Made by a program: the position numbers and the translations under genes
The notes under the pieces: generated by a model
The model's database searches: none
What the model saw: the letters and a program-made list of their open reading frames with translations, nothing else
Told to the model about the DNA's origin: nothing
Shown here: one piece after another, positions 18,971-26,385 of the stretch
Numbering within the stretch: position 1 is the first letter of the stretch
How the letters are laid out: each line of letters begins with the position of its first letter
Source of the DNA: Dehalococcoidia bacterium
GTDB lineage: Bacteria > Chloroflexota > Dehalococcoidia > Lucifugimonadales > Australimonadaceae
Assembly: GCA_965248065.1 (NCBI GenBank)
Contig: OZ252088.1
Coordinates: 1,292,773 to 1,356,772, forward strand
Direction: 5' to 3'
Length of the DNA: 64,000 bases

Positions 18971-19484
18971 TCATAGAACGTCCAACCTTCTTTGGATGAA
19001 CCAGGAGAAATAGCCATCGTACTTACGCTGGACCTCTTTCTTCATCCAGTCGCGCCCTGTTATGAGCTTCCGGCAGGTCGGAGCGGCGCAGTTGCACTCC
19101 ATTTCGTAGGGCTCGTCGTCAGTCATCGCGTAGTCGAACGTGAGTTCCTCGCCCGGCGGCGATGTCGCGTAGGGCGACGAAAGCTATCTGGCCCTGAACG
19201 CCGAGGTTGGGCTCGCACGAGTGGTTGAGGTGCATCATGCCTCCCTCGCGCTCCGGCTGTGTGGCCGGGCCGAGGAAGAGGTCTTCCGTGACCTGAATCT
19301 CGGCAGGCCCCAGACGGCGCTCGACCTCATCCCGTTGAGCACGGGACATAACGTAGCCTCCCTTGACAACTACGATCTCATCCTTGGCGATTGGCTCTCG
19401 GGCGAAGAGGCCGCGTCCCTCGATGTTGCTGCCGCGCTTTTCAGTCTTTGGGGAGAAATAGGTCAAGTTCACACTGTTATTCAC
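18971..19484 (-). pseudogene. SET-domain (lysine methyltransferase-like) gene with a single-base frameshift
   Basis: N-part is track ORF 19119..19484 (IEGRGLFA, NHSCEPN). After ...DIAAG (codon 19152-19154) one extra base shifts the frame. The other frame (18971-19150) reads EELTFDYAMTDDEPYEMECNCAAPTCRKLITG..., i.e. the SET C-terminus plus a post-SET CxCx4C motif. Confidence 0.8.
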
Positions 19485-19546
19485 AACAATTCGTAGCGAA
19501 CGCTCCCTACCAATAGGCCCACCGCAGCCTAGCCGCTCGGCGCCTT

Positions 19547-19650
19547 GGATTCCTCATACCGCGGATGCTATGCCGTGAACTGCCGTGCGCAAGGCGAGCG
19601 CCCGGCCCCCCCTGCTTCGCTGCGCTCGCACTCCCCCGCAGTCGGGAGGG
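19547..19650 (+). repeat. ~110-bp direct repeat, right copy
   Basis: See 18363-18473. Ends in the hairpin CTCCCCCGCAGTCGGGAGGG. Confidence 0.7.
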
Positions 19651-19708
19651 ATTCGAGGCAATAGCGGAAGGCTTATGCAAAGGTCTGGCAGGCGGGGGAA
19701 AGCTTTTC

Positions 19709-19963
19709 GAGCGCCGATTTTCTCGAAAGTGTCGCATTTGTCGGATTTTCCATGGGATTCACTCCTAAACGGGGGTTTTGCGCGCTCCATTTTGCGACAG
19801 CAAATGCGACAGTTTGCGACATAAATCCGACACTTTGCGACATGAATGCGACACTTTCCGACAGGCGGCTCGCGGGCATCGGAGGGGCAAGAGGGCGGGT
19901 CTGTTGGGCCATGGGAGATAGGGTAGGAGTAGGGGGTCCGTTTGCGCAACGGGCAGATGTCAT
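19709..19963 (+). repeat. GCGACA-iteron element, copy B
   Basis: Seven (G/C)CGACA motifs in 19790-19866 spaced 12,10,11,10,11,10 bp (21-bp unit TGCGACAnTTTGCGACAnnAA x3.5). An inverted unit lies at ~19728-19750. Terminal hairpin CCGTTTGCGCAACGG ~19939-19953. Confidence 0.8.
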
Positions 19964-19984
19964 GGTTCTCACAGACAGACGGAG

Positions 19985-20162
19985 TGGGGCCAGGAGCGTG
20001 GGGCGTGGCCTGTCGGCCACTCTGGATTCCCGCCTGCGCGGGGATGACGGAAGGGGGCGCGGGGGTGACGGGGGAAGTCTGCGCGCCGCCGCCTTTCCTC
20101 CCCCGCGCTTCGCTGCGCTTGCGCGCCCCCTCCCGTCTGCGGGAGGGGGTTCCCGGGTTCCC
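19985..20162. repeat. REP cluster abutting IS30 copy 1
   Basis: GGATTCCCGCCTGCGCGGGGATGACGG (~20024-20050). CGCTTCGCTGCGCTTGCGCG plus hairpin CCCCCTCCCGTCTGCGGGAGGGGG (~20126-20149). Confidence 0.75.
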
Positions 20163-21186
20163 TGAATCCACAAACGAAGTGCAACACCAGATTAGGGTGT
20201 TGCCATGGAATACAGACAGCTCTGCATTGAGGAACGGTGTGAGATTGCCCGCTTACGCGCCAAGGGCTCCTCGGTCCGGCAAGTCGCTACAACTCTGGAT
20301 CGCGCGGCATCGACCGTGGCTCGGGAGCTGAAGCGGAACGCGCTGCGAACGGGCGGGTACCAAGCGTCGCCGGCCCAGGAGCGTGCCCGCGCGCGGCGCT
20401 GGACGGGGGCGCGGCTGGAACGGGACGAGGGGTTGCGGGAGCGGGTCTTGGCGGGCCTGAAGTGGGGGTGGTCGCCGGAGCAGGTCGCCCATGAGATGCG
20501 CAGAGAGGAGGGCCGGACGGTGACCTCGGACGAGAGCATCTACCGGTTCGTCTACGCCCAGGCCGCGCGGCACAAAGACCATGATTGGCGGCGCTACTTG
20601 CCGAGGGCGAAGTGGAAGCGGGGAAGGCGTGGCCGCAGGGGGGGAAGCTCGGTTTCCTTCATTCCCCTCCGCCGACCCGTTGCTGAGCGGCCTGCGGTGG
20701 CGGCCGACCGGCGGACCTTCGGGCACTGGGAGGCGGACACGATGCAGTTCGGGAGGTCGGGAGAGGTGGTGTTGGCCCTGCAGGAACGCTCCTCGCGCCT
20801 CTTGCTCCTCGCGCGTGCGCCGTCGAAGGAGGCGGGGCCGATCGCGGAGTCCATCGCCCGGATGCTGGGGCCGTTGCCGCCGGAGTTTCGCCAGACGGTG
20901 ACCTTCGACAATGGGACCGAGTTCACCCGTCACTACGAGCTCCACCGGTTGGGCATCGAGACGTTCTTCTGCGACACGTACTCGCCGTGGCAGAAGGGGG
21001 GAGTGGAGAACGCGATCGGCCGGCTGCGGCGGTTCCTGCCGCGGGGGACGAATCTGGGGGAGGTGTCGGATGAGCGGTTTGCGCTGATCGGGCAGGCGTA
21101 CAACAATACGCCGCGCAAGTGCCTGGGCTACCGGACACCGGCGGGGGTCGTCGAGGAGCAGGTGTTGCACTTCAAATGTGGATTCA
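20163..21186 (+). mobile_element. IS30-family insertion sequence, copy 1 (intact), 1024 bp
   Basis: IRL TGAATCCACAAACGAAGTGCAACAC and IRR GTGTTGCACTTCAAATGTGGATTCA (22/25 match). Near-identical copies at 24798-25822 and 39582-40606. Confidence 0.9.
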
Positions 21187-21209
21187 CCTTCCCGCCTGCG
21201 CGGGAATGA
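20205..21209 (+). CDS. IS30-family DDE transposase
   Basis: 334 aa. N-terminal HTH (CEIARLRAKGSSVRQVA), catalytic region GHWEADT ... DNGTEF ... PWQKGGVEN. The ORF runs through IRR and stops at the TGA inside the flanking REP (GGGAATGACGG). Confidence 0.95.
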   Translation: MEYRQLCIEERCEIARLRAKGSSVRQVATTLDRAASTVARELKRNALRTGGYQASPAQERARARRWTGARLERDEGLRERVLAGLKWGWSPEQVAHEMRREEGRTVTSDESIYRFVYAQAARHKDHDWRRYLPRAKWKRGRRGRRGGSSVSFIPLRRPVAERPAVAADRRTFGHWEADTMQFGRSGEVVLALQERSSRLLLLARAPSKEAGPIAESIARMLGPLPPEFRQTVTFDNGTEFTRHYELHRLGIETFFCDTYSPWQKGGVENAIGRLRRFLPRGTNLGEVSDERFALIGQAYNNTPRKCLGYRTPAGVVEEQVLHFKCGFTFPPARE

Positions 21210-21370
21210 CGGAAGGGTGGCGTGGGATGCCCCCTCCCGGCCTCCCCCGGGCTTTGCTTCAAAAGGCTGACTTTTGAGTCAGCGGCCTGTTTTGCCTCAA
21301 AAAGCAGCATGGCCCCCACCTTACGGTGCGGGCCACGAGCGAAGCAACTGACGCGTGAATGGAGAGGTAG

Positions 21371-21496
21371 CTAGGATCCCCCGCCCTTCGCCACGGCCTC
21401 GATGGCGGAGCCGAGCTTGACCACCAGCATAAGCACCCCGACCGAGACCAGCAGCGCCCCGACCGCAACCGTGAGGCCAGCGAACGCGGTAATCAT
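21371..21496 (-). CDS. possible 41-aa hydrophobic peptide (MITAFAGLTVAVGALLVSVGVLMLVVKLGSAIEAVAKGGGS)
   Basis: Own translation (below the track cutoff): ATG 21494-21496, TAG 21371-21373, one clear TM helix, GC3-rich codons. No RBS seen. Confidence 0.3.
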   Translation of the reverse strand: MITAFAGLTVAVGALLVSVGVLMLVVKLGSAIEAVAKGGGS

Positions 21497-22095
21497 CAAC
21501 GCGGTGTCTTCTATGACAACGCACCCCCATGAACAAGATGGCCCGCAAGATAGGCCCGCTAGACACGGTAGTCAAGTTGGGCATGGAGCAACCATGACTG
21601 GCGGGCGGCACAATGGGATGCTGGTCTGGGCCTGCTCGGTATGATAGGCCTGCTGGTTGAGTGTGCTCGCCGCGAGACGACCGAGATTAACTGGCATGCA
21701 TTCCTGGCGAGCATCCTGGGCGCTAACGTTGTCGGGTTTATTCTCGCTGCCATCGTTGGGTGATGGTGCTACGCGGGCTCTGGCTGGTTGCGTTAGCCGC
21801 CGTGGGGGTAGTCCTCACTCGCCTACAACAAAACCGGCGGACAATGGCGCCAAGCACAATTGCCCCCGACAGCAGTAGCGCGGCAGAAACAAAGCCGAGC
21901 AGGTACCCGATGGCGAACTCCTGTAGCGTGATATCGAACATGCACCTCATGTTAGCGGCCCGGCCGGTGGCCGCAAAGGGCCGCCGTCGGAGGCTGACTT
22001 TTGAGGCAGCGAGAGGCTTTTGGAAGGACTTATGGGGCAGCGACGGACTATTGGAGCAAAGCCGCCTTCCCGCGGACGGGGAGGGGAGTTGGGCG

Positions 22096-23037
22096 CTAGT
22101 CCTTGGGGGCGTTGGCCATGACTTCGACGAGCTCGCGGACGGCGTCGGCGGAGTTGTTGAGGAGGATTTTTTCGTCGGGGGTGAGGTCTAGCTCGACGAC
22201 TTTCTCTACTCCGCCGGCGCCAAGGATGACGGGGACGCCCATGTAGATGCCGTCGATGCCGTATTCGCCTTCAAGGAGGGCGGCGCACGGGAGCTGGCGC
22301 TTCTGGTCTAGCAGGATGGCGTCGACCATCTCGGCGACCGCGGCGGAAGGGGCGTAGAAGGCGCTGCCGGTCTTGAGGAGGGCGACGATCTCGCCGCCGC
22401 CGCCCTGGGTCCGCTTGATGATGCGGTCGAGGGCTTCGTCGCTCAGCAGGTCGCCGATGGGGACGCCGCCGATGGTGGTGTACTTGGTGAGGGGGACCAT
22501 CTGGTCGCCGTGTCCGCCGAGGACGTAGGCCTGGATGTCCTTGACCGATACGTTGAGCTCCCGGGCGAGGAAGGTGCGGAAGCGGGCGGTGTCGAGGACG
22601 CCGGCCATACCGACCACGCGGTTCTTGGGGAAGCCGGCGAGGGAGTAGGCGTGCTGCACCATCGCGTCCAGCGGGTTCGAGACGATGATGAGGGTTGCGT
22701 TGGGGGAGCGGCCCGCCACTTCGCCGATGACGGAGCCGATGATCTTCATGTTCGTGAAGAGGAGGTCGTCGCGGCTCATGCCCGGCTTGCGGGCGATGCC
22801 AGCGGTGACGACGACGACGTCAGAATCAGCGGACTCGTCGTAGCCGTTAGAGCCGATGATGCGCGCGTCGACGCCGAGCACGGGGCCGGACTCGGCGATG
22901 TCGAGGGCCTTGCCCTGGGGCATGTCCTCGACGACGTCGACGAGGACGATGTCCATGTATCCGCGCTCGAAGAGGCGTTGGGCGGTTGTGGCGCCGACGT
23001 TGCCCGCGCCGACGACGGTTACTTTCTTGCGCGCCAT
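22096..23037 (-). CDS. mdh: malate dehydrogenase (LDH-like, NAD-dependent)
   Basis: 313 aa. [42 protein letters not shown]. Typical LDH-like MDH. Confidence 0.95.
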   Translation of the reverse strand: MARKKVTVVGAGNVGATTAQRLFERGYMDIVLVDVVEDMPQGKALDIAESGPVLGVDARIIGSNGYDESADSDVVVVTAGIARKPGMSRDDLLFTNMKIIGSVIGEVAGRSPNATLIIVSNPLDAMVQHAYSLAGFPKNRVVGMAGVLDTARFRTFLARELNVSVKDIQAYVLGGHGDQMVPLTKYTTIGGVPIGDLLSDEALDRIIKRTQGGGGEIVALLKTGSAFYAPSAAVAEMVDAILLDQKRQLPCAALLEGEYGIDGIYMGVPVILGAGGVEKVVELDLTPDEKILLNNSADAVRELVEVMANAPKD

Positions 23038-23175
23038 GTGTTCTTCCGTTTCCTTTCGATGTTATGGCCTGGGTTCCCGCTTGCGCGGGAATGACGGACT
23101 CCTCCCCCGCGCGTCGCTGCGCTTGCGCGTCCCCTCCCGCAGACGGGAGGGGGGTTGCGTGGGTTCCCGCTTGCG

Positions 23176-23361
23176 GAGACCTTTGCATAACCTTTATTTT
23201 CCGGCGGGCGTAACTCTTCCCGCCCGCCCACCCGTTATGTTGTGGGGGACACCCCCACGCCCCCGGCAGAGGGGAATCCCCTCTGCACTCCCCAGTATTC
23301 CAGGCCGGTTCATGGTTCGACAGGCTCACCACGAACCAGTTTGGGGTTATGCAAAGGTCTC
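23176..23361 (+). mobile_element. MITE copy M1 (186 bp) between icd and mdh
   Basis: TIRs GAGACCTTTGCATAA / TTATGCAAAGGTCTC. Internal GGTTCGACAGGCTCACCACGAACC core. Flanked by CTTGCG on both sides (23170-75, 23362-67); the flanks rejoin to GGGTTCCCGCTTGCGCGGGAATGACGG, identical to the intact REP at ~23061-23087. Confidence 0.7.
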
Positions 23362-23388
23362 CTTGCGCGGGAATGACGGCGTGGTTTT

Positions 23389-24591
23389 CTAGGCGCGGAC
23401 GTAGCCCTCCCACTTGCTCTGCAGGCCGGAGTCGTTGACGGTGTCGACGATGTACTGGCCGAACTCGGTGGTGGTTGCGCCGGTGTTGCGGCCGGTGGTG
23501 ACGGCCTTCTTCTCGTACTGGCCGCAGACGTCGAGGGCCATGTTGACCTTCGCGCCGAGCTCCGGGAAGCCGATGTGATCGAGGAGCATTGCGCCTGCCC
23601 GGACCATCGAGCTGGGGTCGGCGAATTGGGCGCGGCCCTCGGTGACCATGCGGGGGGCGCTGCCGTGGATGGCCTCGAACATGGCGTATGCCGTGCCGAT
23701 GTTGGCCGAGCCCGCGGTGCCGACGCCGCCTTGGATCTGCGCCGCCTCGTCGGTGAGGATGTCGCCGTACATATTGGGCAGGGCGAGGACCTGGAACTCG
23801 TTGCGGCGGGCGGTATCGAGGAGCTTGGCGGTCATGATGTCGATGTACCAGGCGTCCCAAGAGATGTCGGGGTAGTTCTCGGCGACCTCTCGGGCGACAT
23901 CGAGGAACTTGCCGTCGGTGGTCTTGACGATGTTGGCCTTGGTGACGATGGTGACTCGCTCCTTGCCGGTCTTCCGGGCGTGGGCGAAGGCGGCGTTGAT
24001 GATGCGCCGGGAGCCCGGGGTGGTGATGACGCGGAAGTCCATGGCGAGGTCTTCGGTGATGTTGATGCCGTTGGAGCCGAGGGCGTACATGTCCTCTGTG
24101 TTCTCACGGAAGAAGGTCCAGTCGATGTCCTCGGCCGGGATGCGCACGGGGCGGACGTTGGCGAAGAGGTCGAGGGCCTTGCGCATGGAGACGTTGGCGC
24201 TCTCGATGTTGGGCCAGCCGTCGCCCTTCTCGGGGGTGTGGGTGGGGCCCTTGAGAGTGACGTGGCACTGCTTGATATCTTCGAGCACGTCGTCGGGGAT
24301 GGACTGGAGCTTGGCGGCGCGGTTCTCGATGGTGAGCCCATCGATGTTGCGGAACTCGACCTTGCCCGATCCGACCTCGCCGGCGAGGAGCTGTTCGAGG
24401 ATGCGCTGGGACTCGTAGGTGATGGTGGGGCCGATGCCGTCGCCGCCGAGGAGTCCGATGATGATGGGGCTGATGTTCGCGTAGTCGGCGGCCTCCGGGG
24501 ACTGCTTCAACCGTTCGACGCGTTCGAGCTGTTCCTTGACCAGCCCTCCGAAATGTTCCTTCGCTGCCTCGATAACGCCATTGTCAGCCAA
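23389..24591 (-). CDS. icd: isocitrate dehydrogenase (isocitrate/isopropylmalate dehydrogenase family)
   Basis: Trimmed to TTG 24589-24591 (AAGGAG 7 nt upstream; ADNGVIEAAKEHF...). The track extension to 24822 runs into IS30/REP sequence. Motifs GGDGIGPTI, NMYGDILTDEAAQIQGG, HGSAPR. Lies upstream of mdh. Confidence 0.75.
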   Translation of the reverse strand: MADNGVIEAAKEHFGGLVKEQLERVERLKQSPEAADYANISPIIIGLLGGDGIGPTITYESQRILEQLLAGEVGSGKVEFRNIDGLTIENRAAKLQSIPDDVLEDIKQCHVTLKGPTHTPEKGDGWPNIESANVSMRKALDLFANVRPVRIPAEDIDWTFFRENTEDMYALGSNGINITEDLAMDFRVITTPGSRRIINAAFAHARKTGKERVTIVTKANIVKTTDGKFLDVAREVAENYPDISWDAWYIDIMTAKLLDTARRNEFQVLALPNMYGDILTDEAAQIQGGVGTAGSANIGTAYAMFEAIHGSAPRMVTEGRAQFADPSSMVRAGAMLLDHIGFPELGAKVNMALDVCGQYEKKAVTTGRNTGATTTEFGQYIVDTVNDSGLQSKWEGYVRA

Positions 24592-24797
24592 TGTCCGGCT
24601 CCTTTCTTGACACGCTCGACCGCGCGCGGACGGGCATGGGCGGGCGCTGCGTATTGGGTTTCCGGGAAGTCCGTGAGTCGCGCGCCAACGACTGCGCGGC
24701 CCGTGATAGGGGCCGGGGGAGATTATAGGAGGGGCATGGGCGCCGGGCAAGCGCGCTCCCTCCCGGCAGACAGCGGAGGGGTGAATGCGAGGTTCCC

Positions 24798-25822
24798 TGA
24801 ATCCACAAACGAAGTGCAACACCAGATTAGGGTGTTGCCATGGAATACAGACAGCTCTGCATTGAGGAACGGTGTGAGATTGCCCGCTTACGCGCCAAGG
24901 GCTCCTCGGTCCGGCAAGTCGCTACAACTCTGGATCGCGCGGCATCGACCGTGGCTCGGGAGCTGAAGCGGAACGCACTGCGAACGGACGGGTACCAAGC
25001 GTCGCCGGCCCAGGAGCGTGCCCGCGCGCGGCGCTGGACGGGGGCGCGGCTGGAACGGGACGAGGAGTTGCGGGAGCGGGTCTTGGCGGGCCTGAAGTGG
25101 GGGTGGTCGCCGGAGCAGGTCGCCCATGAGATGCGCAGAGAGGAGGGCCGGACGGTGACCTCGGACGAGAGCATCTACCGGTTCGTCTACGCCCCAGGCC
25201 GCGCGGCACAAAGACCATGATTGGCGGCGCTACTTGCCGAGGGCGAAGTGGAAGCGGGGGAGGCGGGGCCGCAGGGGGGGAAGCTCGGTTTCCTTCATTC
25301 CCCTCCGCCGACCCGTTGCTGAGCGGCCTGCGGTGGCGGCCGACCGGCGGACCTTCGGGCACTGGGAGGCGGACACGATGCAGTTCGGGAGGTCGGGAGA
25401 GGTGGTGTTGGCCCTGCAGGAACGCTCCTCGCGCCTCTTGCTTCTCGCGCGTGCGCCGTCGAAGGAGGCGGGGCCGATCGCGGAGTCCATCGCCCGGATG
25501 CTGGGGCCGTTGCCGCCGGAGTTTCGCCAGACGGTGACCTTCGACAATGGGACCGAGTTCACCCGTCACTACGAGCTCCACCGGTTGGGCATCGAGACGT
25601 TCTTCTGCGACACGTACTCGCCGTGGCAGAAGGGGGGAGTGGAGAACGCGATCGGCCGGCTGCGGCGGTTCCTGCCGCGGGGGACGAATCTGGGGGAGGT
25701 GTCGGATGAGCGGTTTGCGCTGATCGGGCAGGCGTACAACAATACGCCGCGCAAGTGCCTGGGCTACCGGACACCGGCGGGGGTCGTCGAGGAGCAGGTG
25801 TTGCACTTCAAATGTGGATTCA
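24798..25822 (+). mobile_element. IS30-family insertion sequence, copy 2 (1025 bp)
   Basis: Same IRs and the same flanks (GGTTCCC | IS | CCTTCCCGCC...GGGAATGACGG) as copy 1. Confidence 0.9.
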
Positions 25823-25845
25823 CCTTCCCGCCTTCGCGGGAATGA
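24840..25845 (+). pseudogene. IS30 transposase, frameshifted (+1 C)
   Basis: Track ORFs 24840..25220 and 25234..25845. Copy 1 reads GTCTACGCCCAGGCC where this copy reads GTCTACGCCCCAGGCC (C4 at 25192-25195). Confidence 0.85.
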
Positions 25846-26035
25846 CGGGGGAGGGAGGCTGCGAGGTTCCCGCTGCGCGGGAATGACGGAAGGGGGCGCG
25901 GGCGTGACGGGGGAAGTCTGCGGGCCGCCGCTTCTCCTCCCCCGCGCATCACTGCGCTTGCGCGTCCCCTCCCGCGGCGGGAGGGGACTTTCGAGGCAAC
26001 GACGGGCTGCGCCCCCGCAGACGCAGAAGGGGAAT
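25823..26035. repeat. REP cluster
   Basis: Two ATTCCC-type palindromes (CCTTCCCGCCTTCGCGGGAATGACGG; GGTTCCCGCTGCGCGGGAATGACGG). CACTGCGCTTGCGCG plus hairpin CCCCTCCCGCGGCGGGAGGGG. Confidence 0.75.
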
Positions 26036-26039
26036 AGGG

Positions 26040-26219
26040 CTAGCCGCCGGCTTGGGGATTGACGGGGGACTCTTCCGTGGGGACGGTGTCCTCGCGGGTG
26101 AGGGTGTTGCTGTCCCACTCGTCATAGGGCAGCTTTTCGGCGGCGAGGGCCGCCTCTTTCTCGTTGGCGGCTTCGACAGTCGTTCGGTAGAGGACTTCGT
26201 GGCTGACGAGGAATCGCAT
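26040..26219 (-). CDS. possible small acidic protein (59 aa, MRFLVSHEVLYRTTVEAANEKEAALAAEKLPYDEWDSNTLTRED...)
   Basis: Own translation, just below the track cutoff. Protein-like composition and GC3-rich codons. No obvious RBS. Confidence 0.3.
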   Translation of the reverse strand: MRFLVSHEVLYRTTVEAANEKEAALAAEKLPYDEWDSNTLTREDTVPTEESPVNPQAGG

Positions 26220-26271
26220 GGGGTCGCTGGGCGGCTATCGGCGAGAATGGGGGTTCGCGGCAGGCGTTATG

Positions 26272-26361
26272 GAGACCATTGCATAACTGCTCAACGCCGG
26301 GGATTCGGGGGCGAGGTTCCCGCCTGAGCGGGAATGACGGAAAGGGCTATGCAAAGGTCTC
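26272..26361 (+). repeat. short MITE-like unit: the same TIRs enclosing one REP palindrome
   Basis: GAGACCATTGCATAA ... GGTTCCCGCCTGAGCGGGAATGACGG ... TATGCAAAGGTCTC. No clear target duplication. Confidence 0.5.
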
Positions 26362-26385
26362 CTGTCCGGGCGGGAAGCGGGAGCT

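Noticed and set aside
22847-23860. The 337-aa minus-strand ORF bridging mdh, the intergenic repeats and icd.
   Set aside because: It is off-frame to both well-supported genes, runs through REP and MITE DNA, and is Arg/His/Pro-rich.
25192-25195. Programmed frameshifting in the split IS30 transposases (also 40057-40064).
   Set aside because: The two breaks are at different positions. Copy 1 is a continuous 334-aa ORF. IS30-family transposases are normally single ORFs. The breaks are therefore mutations or homopolymer read errors.
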